A DNA stretch of 63,996 nucleotides, the filler included, from Candidatus Hydrogenedentota bacterium (GTDB lineage Bacteria > JBFMHD01), in NCBI GenBank assembly GCA_040752395.1. It is 13 parts of 13 records of this genome, joined end to end, with 100 filler letters (N's around TTAATTAATTAA, not from the genome) between each part and the next. Parts side by side here need not be neighbours in the genome. Positions count along the whole stretch, not along the records: positions 50,696 to 54,367 come from JBFMHD010000245.1; positions 54,468 to 58,119 come from JBFMHD010000246.1; positions 58,220 to 61,848 come from JBFMHD010000247.1; positions 61,949 to 63,996 come from JBFMHD010000318.1; 9 more parts are not named here. The stretch is one strand, 5' to 3'. Both the position numbers and the translations under genes were made by a program. Positions 52,177 to 62,654 of the stretch are shown piece by piece. Position 1 is the first letter of the stretch. Every line of letters begins with the position of its first letter. The notes under the pieces were generated by a model, which was given only the letters and a program-made list of their open reading frames with translations, was not told the DNA's origin and made no database searches.

Positions 52177-54015
52177 TTATTTAATCGAACCTGAATAATT
52201 TTTATGCTTATATCCATATAAAATTTCATTAATGGCACTTCTCATAAATGTCTTAAATAAAGGTGATTTTGTATCCACGAATGAGTATTGAGATAATTTA
52301 TCTATAAAAATATTAATATCATTGTTTAAAATATTTATTAGAGATTGCAAAGGAATACTTTTGTCATAATTATGTAACTTAATTAAATTAACAGATATAT
52401 TGATATCTAATTTACCAGCTGGCCGAGCTTCTTTAAAATAATACTCAGCCATAACCTTTCCTTTATTAATTAGATTCGAGATAATTTCTTTGCTTTGGTT
52501 TTGCGGCAATATTTCGATAGCATAGGCATAAAAATCCAGACTATAGTATTCATGACGTTCATTTATTTTGTATTTGTTAATATCATCAGGTGGTATATAA
52601 AAAAGAGAAACAAATAATAAAGAAAATATGAGCATCGTCCTTATAGGTAAATGATTGTTCACAGATGAAGGTTTACTTCCTGCGACTGATATTATACTCA
52701 ACATCCTCCCTATAGATTGGTAGATAAGTAATGATATAGTATTAATTATCTCCTTTAAAAAACCTATAAAGCCTATGCACCAAAATGGTATCAAATAAAT
52801 CCTATATCGTGAACAGGGAAAGGCATATAGAGTAATAGCAATAACCATAAGAATGGTAATAACATAAATATTCCTAATATTTTTTTCTTTACTAAAAAAA
52901 AGATAAGGTATTCCTAATAAATAAAAGACTCCCGGGAAAATAAAATATTTTGATATATATACGGTTTTGAAATGAATTTTATCCTGCAATTCGTAAATCG
53001 GAAAACTTCTAAATAATTCAAGCGGAGATAAAAGCTGCCTTATCTTGTAAATTAATTCCTTAAACCAGATTTCAGGATAATGTCTTATAAAATATAAGGC
53101 TATCTTATAAGAATAAACTGGTTTATAAAATAGATAATTCTTTTCTTTGATTCCATAATAATTTATCCCAACATAATAAAGGTAATCGGCCTGCAACTGA
53201 GAACTATCTTTAATTGAGACGTTATATCTTTTGAAATTATAATTGCCGCTATTAGCTATCCAAAAATTAATTGGTCCATTATAAGACATAAATATACTTC
53301 TGTAATTGACAACGGAAAATAAGATAATAGCAAATAGCGGAATAGATGATACAAGTATTCTTTTAACATTTTTTATAGACAGACCTCTGTAAAGAATTGT
53401 CAGCCAATATATTCCAATAAATAATATAAACCATGCACGGATAATATAACATAATGCTAATATTATGCCGCAAATAAAATCAATTTTGGCCGACCCTTCT
53501 TTAATTTTTAAAAGATAAATAAACAGTAACAATAAAAATAAGGTTGGTAATTCCGGCAATAACAATAATGTTTCATGTATAATAATCGGGGAAAGAGCAA
53601 ATAAAACCGTTGCAAAACATGCGAATACTTTCGATTTCAATATATCGACGCTGATTCTATAAACAAGCAAACAAGAGCTTAAATATAGCAACAGGTAAAT
53701 ATATCCTGTAAAAGTATGCACATTGTCTATATTAAAACATTTAAATTTCAACAAAAAATAATAGTAAAATATCAGTCCCGGCGGTTCGCAAAAACCGCCT
53801 TTTTCCTTTGCTTGCTTAAATAGATCTGGATTATTCGCCCATGATACATACTCACCACTATCGGGAATCTCTCTTCTTAAATATTCTGGAATATTATGGT
53901 GATAACTTATAAAACAATACAGAATTACAGATAAACAAAATATTTCAGTTAAAATAAAAATATAGTCAATATTTTTGGTAAAGCATCGTGCACTTTCGAT
54001 AATTTTTTTTTGCAA
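52177..54015 (-). CDS. GT-C (ArnT/PMT-like) membrane glycosyltransferase
   Basis: PDSGEY, EPPG..YY, LLPEL, SYNGPINFWIAN, SRYRI; many TMs. Confidence 0.7.
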   Translation of the reverse strand: MQKKIIESARCFTKNIDYIFILTEIFCLSVILYCFISYHHNIPEYLRREIPDSGEYVSWANNPDLFKQAKEKGGFCEPPGLIFYYYFLLKFKCFNIDNVHTFTGYIYLLLYLSSCLLVYRISVDILKSKVFACFATVLFALSPIIIHETLLLLPELPTLFLLLLFIYLLKIKEGSAKIDFICGIILALCYIIRAWFILFIGIYWLTILYRGLSIKNVKRILVSSIPLFAIILFSVVNYRSIFMSYNGPINFWIANSGNYNFKRYNVSIKDSSQLQADYLYYVGINYYGIKEKNYLFYKPVYSYKIALYFIRHYPEIWFKELIYKIRQLLSPLELFRSFPIYELQDKIHFKTVYISKYFIFPGVFYLLGIPYLFFSKEKNIRNIYVITILMVIAITLYAFPCSRYRIYLIPFWCIGFIGFLKEIINTISLLIYQSIGRMLSIISVAGSKPSSVNNHLPIRTMLIFSLLFVSLFYIPPDDINKYKINERHEYYSLDFYAYAIEILPQNQSKEIISNLINKGKVMAEYYFKEARPAGKLDINISVNLIKLHNYDKSIPLQSLINILNNDINIFIDKLSQYSFVDTKSPLFKTFMRSAINEILYGYKHKNYSGSIK

Positions 54016-54224
54016 CGCTCGTCATCCTCTCCTCTCAAATTATTTAGTCGACTCGCATGTGATGAATCTTTTCCCATCATTTGTAATAAGTACCCATATC
54101 CGAGCATTGTTCACCATAAACTCACTTATGATTCTATAATCTTTGAGCGTGTGGTATAAGTTAACAAACAGGCTCATATTTTAAAATAACATTATTTCAA
54201 ACAACAAATTTTGTCAAATTTTTA

Positions 54225-54367
54225 TTAGACGCTTGTACCATGACCATTACCGTCTTCTGGTATATTATCATTTCCCACGAAATCCCAGCCGTTTATATCA
54301 TCTATATATCCATTCCCATCGTTATCTATACCTTCTATTATTTCGCCGATGTTTACCCACAGGTTAT
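54225..54367 (-). pseudogene. S8 subtilisin catalytic-domain fragment ending just after the catalytic His
   Basis: Manual translation NLWVNIGEIIEGIDNDGNGYIDDINGWDFVGNDNIPEDGNGHGTSV then TAA TAA. Confidence 0.8.
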
Positions 54368-54467
54368 NNNNNNNNNNNNNNNNNNNNNNNNNNNNNNNNN
54401 NNNNNNNNNNNTTAATTAATTAANNNNNNNNNNNNNNNNNNNNNNNNNNNNNNNNNNNNNNNNNNNN

Positions 54468-54640
54468 GTAAATATTTTCTGAAATTGAAAAATTATCTTG
54501 TCAAAACTTGCGGGTGGCTGTATACTTTGCTGTGTATTAAGCATTGTAGATTCCTCCGTATAGTAAGATTATTAAATTATAATCAATATTATACAGAGGT
54601 CTTTCTATTTATTCAATAGAAAAGTGCTTAACTATAGTTC
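54468..54640 (-). mobile_element. Possible IS left end with transposase start at the contig edge
   Basis: GGAGG RBS paired in an inverted repeat; ATG 54544 MLNTQQSIQPPASFDKIIF runs off the contig. Confidence 0.3.
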
Positions 54641-54735
54641 TATTAATGAAAGGGAAGGTTATTCAAAAGAATTGAGATTAGCCATTCCTCTTTAATGCAG
54701 CAGTAAGATTGAAAAATAGAATTTATAAAAAATAC

Positions 54736-54763
54736 TTGACAAAAGCAAAATATCGGATATAAT
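54736..54763 (+). promoter_or_regulatory. sigma70-type promoter
   Basis: TTGACA-16 nt-TATAAT upstream of the AAA ATPase. Confidence 0.6.
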
Positions 54764-54802
54764 ATACTTTATAAAATATAATTGTTTGATATTTTGATTT
54801 TT

Positions 54803-56014
54803 ATGAAAATTATAAGGGATATAACTTTAAAATTAAAAAAATATTTAGATAAAGATGAAATCTTGCTAATAATTGGTGCAAGGCAGGTTGGTAAGACCAC
54901 TGTTCTTTACCAGTTAAAAGAGATACTTGAAAATAAGAAAAAAGTCTGTTATTTTCTTAATTTAGAAGACCGGGATTATCTCTCCTTAATTAATGATTCA
55001 CCAAAAAATATATTTAAAATTTTTCCAATCGATTTTAAAAACAGAAATTATATTTTTATTGATGAAATTCAATATTTAAATGACCCGTCGAATTTTTTGA
55101 AATATATTTATGACGAGTATAAGGATAGAATTAGAATCATAGCTTCAGGTTCCTCTGCATTTTATTTAGATACAAGATTTACCGATTCTCTTGCGGGTCG
55201 AAAAAGAATATTTAATCTTTACACACTTTCCTTCCAGGAATTTTTACGATTTAAAAATGAAGAGGTATTAAGTCGAAAATTATTCGAGAATCCTGCTCTT
55301 GTGGAAAGAGAAAAAATCATCATTTATTATCAAGAATATTTGAGATTTGGGGGTTATCCACGAGTTGTCCTTGCCGATGGAGATGAAGAAAAAATCGAGG
55401 TGTTAAGGGATATTGCTTATTCTTATATAAAAAAAGACATATATGATTCTAATATCAGACAGGATGAGATATTCTACAAATTGTTTAAGATATTGTCCAA
55501 CCAGATAGGAGGGTTAGTGAATAATTCAGAATTAGCTTCAACCCTGAGTGTATCCAGGACCGCTATTGATAATTATTTATATGTTATGCGGAAATCTTTT
55601 CATATCTGCAATGTGTTGCCTTTTTACAGAAACATCCGGAAAGAATTAACCAGAATGCCCAAAATATATTTTATGGACCTTGGATTGAGAAATTTTTTTA
55701 AAGGCAATTTTGATTTATATCATAATCGGGATGATAAGGGTATGATATTGGAAAATGCTTTATTCCGTCAATTGATAGAAAAGTATGAGCCAGACCAGAT
55801 AAAATTCTGGCGAACGATTCAGAAAAAAGAGATTGATTTTATAATTGATGAACTTTATGCTTACGAATCCAAAACACAGATACGGAATATAAAATTACGT
55901 GATTACAGACTTTTTCTCGAAACATATCCCGATATAAAGTTTCAGTTTGTATCTTTTGAGAATAAACAGGAAAAAGTTTTATTTTTTCCTGTGATTGAGG
56001 TCTGGCAAATATGA
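54803..56014 (+). CDS. AAA_14/DUF4143 ATPase
   Basis: GARQVGKT, IFIDEIQY, SGSS, SLAGR, PKIYF.D.G, FWRT...EIDF. Confidence 0.9.
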   Translation: MKIIRDITLKLKKYLDKDEILLIIGARQVGKTTVLYQLKEILENKKKVCYFLNLEDRDYLSLINDSPKNIFKIFPIDFKNRNYIFIDEIQYLNDPSNFLKYIYDEYKDRIRIIASGSSAFYLDTRFTDSLAGRKRIFNLYTLSFQEFLRFKNEEVLSRKLFENPALVEREKIIIYYQEYLRFGGYPRVVLADGDEEKIEVLRDIAYSYIKKDIYDSNIRQDEIFYKLFKILSNQIGGLVNNSELASTLSVSRTAIDNYLYVMRKSFHICNVLPFYRNIRKELTRMPKIYFMDLGLRNFFKGNFDLYHNRDDKGMILENALFRQLIEKYEPDQIKFWRTIQKKEIDFIIDELYAYESKTQIRNIKLRDYRLFLETYPDIKFQFVSFENKQEKVLFFPVIEVWQI

Positions 56015-57840
56015 AAGTAGTGGTTGCCAATTCAGTAGGTATAGATTATCAGAATAAAAAGATTATTCATTCTCCGAGCCGGTGGACCAACAGCACTACA
56101 GACCTGAACTTTTTTACGTATTATCCCTGGGAACTTGCCTATTGTTCATCACTTTTGAAAAGAGAGACCGATGCTGAAGTAAAATTTATTGATGGATGTC
56201 TTGAAAAACTTGACCACGAAAGATATTTTCAGAAACTCATCTCTGAAAAACCGGATTATCTTGTGATGGAGAGTTCCACACGCACCATTAACGAGGATTT
56301 ACGGCTCGCTTTAAGACTTAAAAAAATTATTGGTACAAAACTGATATTCTGTGGTCAGCATCCTACAGTGTTTCCTGATGAGGTATTAAAAGGTAAACTC
56401 CAGCCGCGTAAAAATGAGGACATTACAAAATACGATACCACACTCGATTTTGTCTGTCAGGGTGAATACGAAGAGACAGTGGTTGAGATAGTTAAAGGTG
56501 TCGAACCTGAAAAGATATTGGGCTTGTATCCAAATCCAAGAAGACTTCTCATAAATGTCGATAACTTACCGTTACCTGAAGATGAAGATGTTCAGCGTAT
56601 AGAATACGCATATCCCAATGAACCATCCTGCGAATATATCGAGATTCAGGCTTATGCCACTCGCGGTTGCCCGTTCAACTGTTCATTCTGTGTCTGCAGA
56701 AACATATATTATCACAAACCCAACTGGAGACCAAGAAAAGTGGATAATATTATTTACGAAATACAGTATCTGAAAAATAAGTATCCGATGATGGAAGGAA
56801 TATTTTTTGACGAGGAGATACATAACGGCAGCAAAAAGTTCGTAATAGAATTGACCGATGCAATAAAACGATATGGACTTAATAATCTGCATTACAATGC
56901 TATGTGTGCGTACTGGAATATGGATAAAGAAATGCTGGAAGCATTTAAAAGTGCAGGATATTATCTTCTTCGTATAGGGATCGAGACCGCAAGTGATGTT
57001 ATAGCAAAAGAGATGAGGCTTGGTGTAAAATTCAATCTGAATAAATTATATGAAGTATTAAAACTTGCAAAAGAGGTTGGTATTGATATGTATGGTACCT
57101 TCACATTTGGTGGTCAGGGGTCAACACTTAAAGAAGATACAAGAACACTTGATTTAATTTATCGGCTGATCTCTGAGGGGTTACTCAGACGCATACAGAT
57201 GTCAATCAACACGCCACAGCCCGGAACATCATTTTACAATTGGGCTGATAAACATAATTACATTATTTCAAAAAACTGGGATGATTATGATGGCGGCAAC
57301 AATGTGGTCATAGAATATCCACATTATAAACGTAGTGAGATTGAAAAAGTGTACTCTGAATCGTTCCGAAGATACGACCAGGGAATGATACACTACTGGG
57401 CACCAAAAGTGGACCAGAATATCGATAACTTGTTAAAAAAGTTACCGGTACTTAAAAAAGTGTTGATATTAAGAACGAGCAGGATATGGCATTTCAATAA
57501 AGTACTGGGTATGATTAAAACCCTGTATCCAGACTCGCAGGTCTATGTACTTACAAGCAAACGTTCGAAGAACGAGCTGGTCGATAACATCAATATCACA
57601 AGACTTATTGTTTTTGATTCTGATTTTCTTGATATTTACCGTCTGAATGATGAGATTATAGATTTAATCACTTCGGAACGATTCGATCTAGCCATTGCTC
57701 TGTACAGCGATTTTGCCGGTACTGGTTATGACCATATAAACGAGTTTGTAAGCCGTGTCATATCGACCTATAGATTTGGTATAAACATTTCAGGTGAAAC
57801 ATTTTTTATCAAACCGGTAGTAAAACAGAAAATATTTTAA
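56011..57840 (+). CDS. B12-binding radical SAM enzyme with extra C-terminal domain
   Basis: YYPWELAY, GQHPT, TRGCPFNCSFC, GIETAS, TPQPGT. Confidence 0.85.
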   Translation: MKVVVANSVGIDYQNKKIIHSPSRWTNSTTDLNFFTYYPWELAYCSSLLKRETDAEVKFIDGCLEKLDHERYFQKLISEKPDYLVMESSTRTINEDLRLALRLKKIIGTKLIFCGQHPTVFPDEVLKGKLQPRKNEDITKYDTTLDFVCQGEYEETVVEIVKGVEPEKILGLYPNPRRLLINVDNLPLPEDEDVQRIEYAYPNEPSCEYIEIQAYATRGCPFNCSFCVCRNIYYHKPNWRPRKVDNIIYEIQYLKNKYPMMEGIFFDEEIHNGSKKFVIELTDAIKRYGLNNLHYNAMCAYWNMDKEMLEAFKSAGYYLLRIGIETASDVIAKEMRLGVKFNLNKLYEVLKLAKEVGIDMYGTFTFGGQGSTLKEDTRTLDLIYRLISEGLLRRIQMSINTPQPGTSFYNWADKHNYIISKNWDDYDGGNNVVIEYPHYKRSEIEKVYSESFRRYDQGMIHYWAPKVDQNIDNLLKKLPVLKKVLILRTSRIWHFNKVLGMIKTLYPDSQVYVLTSKRSKNELVDNINITRLIVFDSDFLDIYRLNDEIIDLITSERFDLAIALYSDFAGTGYDHINEFVSRVISTYRFGINISGETFFIKPVVKQKIF

Positions 57841-57842
57841 TA

Positions 57843-58119
57843 TCAGGAAAAATAACGATTAAAAGAACGTTCATCATAATATTTAATGATTTTTTCTTTG
57901 GGGACAGCTTTTTTCAACAGGATGGATGCTATTTTTTCCTGGTGACCCATAGAAGAAATAATGATTTTATCAAAATTATTTTTTAATAATGATAAATTTT
58001 TATAAATAGATATGCCCCGGTAGGAATGTTCATTCATTGATTTATCAATAATGCCAACAACCTGGTATTTATTCTTTAATAAATAATTCGATACCTCTCT
58101 ACCAGTAGCAGATAAACCA
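57843..58119 (-). CDS. C-terminal Rossmann-like domain of a 5'-truncated gene
   Basis: Frame open from the contig edge: ..YQVVGIIDK..YRGISIY..FDKIIISS.. Confidence 0.5.
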
Positions 58120-58250
58120 NNNNNNNNNNNNNNNNNNNNNNNNNNNNNNNNNNNNNNNNNNNNTTAATTAATTAANNNNNNNNNNNNNNNNNNNNNNNNN
58201 NNNNNNNNNNNNNNNNNNNACTAAACTAACAACTATTATGAGAGGTTTTT

Positions 58251-59267
58251 ATGGCAAAATTTTATTTTAATAAAGATGCTGATCTAAAATATCTAAAAAA
58301 CAGAAAGATCGCTGTTATCGGATACGGCAGTCAGGGACATGCTCAATCCCAGAATTTAAAAGACAGCGGTATGAATGTAGTGGTAGCTGATGTACCGAAT
58401 AGTGATAACTGGAAAAAGGCGCTAAAGGCTAAAATGAAGATTATGAGAACCAGTGAGGCAAGTATGTGGGCAGACGTTATTATGCTTGTAGTCCCTGATA
58501 CTATACAATCAATAGTTTATGAAAACGAGATAAAACGTTATATTTGTCCTGAGAAAGTATTAATGTTTTCGCATGGGTTTAATATACGCTATGGTCTTAT
58601 TAGACCACCTGAATATATCGATGTAATTCTGGTGGCTCCTAAGGGACCGGGTCATCTTTTACGTAGTGAATATCAGCAGGGTCGAGGCGTACCTAATCTT
58701 ATAGCAGTGCATCAGGATTTTTCAGGAAACGCCAAAAATATCGCACTTGCTTATTCAAAGGCAATAGGTGGAACGCGTGCGGTTGTTATAGAAACGACTT
58801 TTGAGGAAGAAACCGAGACCGATCTTTTTGGAGAGCAGAATGTTTTATGTGGCGGTATATCACAATTAATTATTTCAGGTTTTGAGACCCTTGTCAAAGC
58901 CGGTTATCAACCTGAGGTAGCATATTTTGAATGTTTACATGAGATGAAACTTATAACTGATATGATATATGAGGGTGGGTTATCGTGGATGCGGTATTCT
59001 GTGAGTGACACTGCTGAATGGGGTGATTATTATCAGGGTAAAAATGTTATAGGGAAAGAAGCAAGAAAAGCTATGCGAGAATCATTGAAAAGGATACAGA
59101 ATGGGTCGTTTGCAAAAGAATGGGTTTCTGAGTACAGAAGCGGTGGCAAGCGGTTTTACAAGTATAGAAAACAAGCACAGAATCATTTAATAGAAAGGAT
59201 CGGTAAAAGGCTGAGAAATTATATGACATGGATTAAGAAGAGGCAGACAGAGACAGGCGGGCGATAG
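58251..59267 (+). CDS. ilvC: Ketol-acid reductoisomerase
   Basis: IGYGSQGHA, VAPKGPGH, ETETDLFGEQ.VLCGG, SDTAEWGDY. Confidence 0.97.
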   Translation: MAKFYFNKDADLKYLKNRKIAVIGYGSQGHAQSQNLKDSGMNVVVADVPNSDNWKKALKAKMKIMRTSEASMWADVIMLVVPDTIQSIVYENEIKRYICPEKVLMFSHGFNIRYGLIRPPEYIDVILVAPKGPGHLLRSEYQQGRGVPNLIAVHQDFSGNAKNIALAYSKAIGGTRAVVIETTFEEETETDLFGEQNVLCGGISQLIISGFETLVKAGYQPEVAYFECLHEMKLITDMIYEGGLSWMRYSVSDTAEWGDYYQGKNVIGKEARKAMRESLKRIQNGSFAKEWVSEYRSGGKRFYKYRKQAQNHLIERIGKRLRNYMTWIKKRQTETGGR

Positions 59268-59363
59268 TATCGGTGAACCGAACACCGGGTACCGAAAGCC
59301 AGATACCGAGCTTAAGAACCCCACCCGGGACCAAAAAATAATATAGTAAAAAGAAAAATATAC

Positions 59364-59392
59364 TTGACAAAATACCAGATATATGGTAAAAT
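59364..59392 (+). promoter_or_regulatory. sigma70-type promoter with extended -10
   Basis: TTGACA-17 nt-TAAAAT with TG before the -10. Confidence 0.55.
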
Positions 59393-59411
59393 ATCCTAAA
59401 AGGAGGAGATT

Positions 59412-60674
59412 TTGAGTGAAATAAAAGAGAGAAAACTTTTTTCTAAAATAATAAAATATATCGATGATAAAGAGATCATTGTTATTCACGGTTCACGTCA
59501 GGTTGGTAAGACCTCTTTACTACATTATATTATAGATAATCATCTAAAAAAGATAAGTTCTGATACTAATATCTTTTATTTTGATCTTGAAGATTTTTAT
59601 TTTCTTGATCTTTGCAACTCCTGCTGTGATGATGTGGTCTCTTATTTGAAAGCAAAGGGTGGAGATTTCGATAAAAAAATATATCTAATTATTGATGAAG
59701 TACAATACCTGAATAATCCATCCTCATTTCTTAAACTCTTTAATGATAAGTTTAATAAACAGATAAAATTGATAGTAAGTGGTTCATCGAGTTTTTTAAT
59801 AAAAAAGAGATTTAAAGATTCATTAGCCGGAAGAATACTCGACTTTGAACTTTTTACATTAGACTTTGAAGAGTTTATTCAGTTTAAAGGATTAAGATAT
59901 AATTTAAAAGATGATTTACCTGAGATTATTCATAATGAAATTAAAAAACTATATACAGAGTATATTATTTTTGGTGGGTATCCTGCTTGTTGTTTGGAAC
60001 CATCACTCGAAAAAAAAGAGATGAAACTGAAACAGTTGATTAATACATATATTAAAAAGGATATCAGGGATTTAGCTGAAATTCGTGAAATAGATAAATT
60101 TAACGACCTTCTTAAAATACTTGCTTCTCAAACAGCAAATTTATTAAATATTTTAGAACTATCTAATACTTTAGGAATATCAAAACAGACTATTCAGGAA
60201 TATATTTTCTTACTAGAGAATACTTATATTATAAAAAGGATAAGACCATTTCATAAGAATATAAGAAGTGAGCTAACTAAAATGCCAAAGATATTTTTCG
60301 AAGATACAGGACTTGCTAATATTTTAGCGAATAAAACCTTCTTTTTAAAAATTGATAGCTCTTTATTAGAAAATAGTATTTACTCTGAGCTAAGAAAAAA
60401 TATTAATAGTGAGGATATATATTTTTGGCGAACAAATAAAAAACAGGAGATAGATTTTATTATTGATTATATAGATATAAATAATAACAGAAGACTTATC
60501 GCTATTGAGGTTAAAAATATATTTTTGAACAAATATACTACTAATCTTCGGTATCTCAAGAGAAAATATAATAATGCAGAGACTTTTATCTGCTCACTTG
60601 AAAGAAAAGAAAAAAAAAGAGATAAAAATATCAATATCATATTCCCGTGGCAGTTGTTAACTCTAATCCGGTAA
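59412..60674 (+). CDS. AAA_14/DUF4143 ATPase (paralog of 54803-56014)
   Basis: GSRQVGKT, IIDEVQY, SGSS, DSLAGR, FWRT..QEIDF, AIEVK; AGGAGG before TTG. Confidence 0.9.
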   Translation: MSEIKERKLFSKIIKYIDDKEIIVIHGSRQVGKTSLLHYIIDNHLKKISSDTNIFYFDLEDFYFLDLCNSCCDDVVSYLKAKGGDFDKKIYLIIDEVQYLNNPSSFLKLFNDKFNKQIKLIVSGSSSFLIKKRFKDSLAGRILDFELFTLDFEEFIQFKGLRYNLKDDLPEIIHNEIKKLYTEYIIFGGYPACCLEPSLEKKEMKLKQLINTYIKKDIRDLAEIREIDKFNDLLKILASQTANLLNILELSNTLGISKQTIQEYIFLLENTYIIKRIRPFHKNIRSELTKMPKIFFEDTGLANILANKTFFLKIDSSLLENSIYSELRKNINSEDIYFWRTNKKQEIDFIIDYIDINNNRRLIAIEVKNIFLNKYTTNLRYLKRKYNNAETFICSLERKEKKRDKNINIIFPWQLLTLIR

Positions 60675-60728
60675 ATTTTAATAATCCCTCGGAACCATAA
60701 AATTTTTGTTGTAGAAAAAAATAGACAG

Positions 60729-61848
60729 ATGTATAATATAAATGTGCAAAAAGATAATAAAACATACAAAAAAACAGGCATCATTGTATTTCTTATAGTT
60801 GTTTATATCCTGGTTAACATTGGTGGATGGATTTTTTATTTATCTCTAAGTGATGCATTTGATTTATCAATAAATGATAGTTTAAGAAGTATTCTTTTAA
60901 CGTTAAGATTAAATTTTCAAAATGTAGAAGTTGAGGTATTGAAAAACAGGCTCAATGATTTTTTTAAGGAAGGCATTGTTCAGAGTATTGTATTAGTGGA
61001 TAAAGACTTTAATGTACTTTATGATTCAGAGAAAAGATTTGAGACAGGTAAGAAATATCCGCTCTCGCCTTTAATCGAGCACGGTATTAAGAGTAATTAT
61101 ATTTATATTACCGAGGCTTATGAAAAAGATGAAGAAATTTACAAGATCGGGGTTGTGGAGATCGCTGATAATTATCTTATTATTATTACACCAACCTTTG
61201 TAAAAGACAAAATGAATAAGTTAAAACGAATATTATATGTGGTAGCTTTTATAAGTTTTATAGGGTTATTTATACTCTGGTTTATAATGGATATCCTGAT
61301 AAAAAAGATAATGACAGCGCAGAGAGAATTATCAGCGAGTGAGAGATTACTGGCACTTGGAAGATTGAGTGCAGGTGTGGCACATGAGATAAGAAATCCG
61401 CTTGGGATCATATCGGGTACCGCCGAGGTCCTGAAAAAGAGGCAGAATATAGACGAAAAAGACAAAGTCTTATTGTCATACATAGAAGAAGAAACAGAAA
61501 GAATAGAAAAAGTTGTTAAGAATTTTTTAAAATTCTCTGAGGGTAGATTTGAAACAAATTCTCAAGAAACTGTAGATTTAAATGAAGAACTTGAAAAAGT
61601 TATAATAAAAGAGGAACATTTATTAAAAGAAAGAAATATTGAGATTGATATTAAATTAGACCCCAATGTAGAAAAGGTAAAATTTTCACAAGATGAGATT
61701 AACAGTATAATCAGAAATCTTATACAGAATGCTATTGAATCGTTTGACAATCTAAAAAATAAATTAATTATCATAAAGACTATAAACAGGGGTGATTATA
61801 TTATTTTATCGATAGAAGATAGTGGTGTTGGGATACAGGATAATATAA
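60729..61848 (+). CDS. Sensor histidine kinase (3' truncated)
   Basis: Two TMs; LGRLSAGVAHEIRNPL, NLIQNA, DSGVG. Confidence 0.9.
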
Positions 61849-61948
61849 NNNNNNNNNNNNNNNNNNNNNNNNNNNNNNNNNNNNNNNNNNNNTTAATTAA
61901 TTAANNNNNNNNNNNNNNNNNNNNNNNNNNNNNNNNNNNNNNNNNNNN

Positions 61949-62029
61949 CATGCTTTGTGTAGAGCGCAAAAACGCAATAACCCAATAACCCAATAGAGTA
62001 GAGCGCAAACGCGCTCATGTTGACTCCTT
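61949..62029 (-). repeat. Mosaic element start (A-B), cut by the contig end
   Basis: AGGAG-tcaac-ATG-agcgcgtttgcgctctac-(ttattggg)n. Confidence 0.85.
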
Positions 62030-62105
62030 CCCACAATCGGGTAAATGAGTGAATGATGAATTTGTATAAGGTCTCTGTAAACTTCCTGCTTTAAAAAAGA
62101 GAGGT

Positions 62106-62654
62106 TTATAATAAATTTTTTATATAATTATATATTCTCATATCCTCTGATTCATCAGATAATTTCTGAGCCCATTCTAAAAGATATTTTTTGTCCAGTT
62201 TATTTATATATCTTTTGGCAATATTTTCTATGTCTGCGATATCCATATGTCTGGCAGGTATTATTTTCATTAATATTAAATCTTCAGGGGTTGGGAAATT
62301 TGCTTTAATTCCATAAATATTTATCCTCTGTCTTCTTGAAAAGGCAACCTTCTCAAATTTGGATGATACAATAATAAAATCTATATGAAGGTCTTGATAT
62401 AGAATTTGAAATGTTCCTGTTTCCTTTACTCTGTTAATAACTATATTTTCATCAAATGAAAACCCCTCATTTTTAAACTTCTTCAACAAATTTTTAATCT
62501 GCTGTTTCTTAACAAATAAGATGATATCAACATCTTTTGTAAACCTTGGATATCCTAAAATAGAAGCCGCTATCCCGCCAATTATAAGGTAACCAATTTT
62601 ATTTTTCTCAAGAAAAATAATTATTTTTTTAAAGATATTATCTAATGATACCAC
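62106..62654 (-). CDS. Nucleotidyltransferase-fold protein (DUF6036-like)
   Basis: IIGGIAA...G.PRFTKDVDI, PEDLILMKI...R..D..DI. Confidence 0.8.
   Translation of the reverse strand: MVSLDNIFKKIIIFLEKNKIGYLIIGGIAASILGYPRFTKDVDIILFVKKQQIKNLLKKFKNEGFSFDENIVINRVKETGTFQILYQDLHIDFIIVSSKFEKVAFSRRQRINIYGIKANFPTPEDLILMKIIPARHMDIADIENIAKRYINKLDKKYLLEWAQKLSDESEDMRIYNYIKNLL

Noticed and set aside
54040-54177. 45-aa minus-strand ORF between the S8 fragment and the GT-C
   Set aside because: No clear RBS or motif, so it cannot be supported as a gene.
3953-61948. TTAATTAATTAA motifs, ORFs ending in X...LIN, and gene neighbourhoods across gaps
   Set aside because: Artificial linkers. Contigs are mostly in descending size order, so cross-gap adjacency is not biological.
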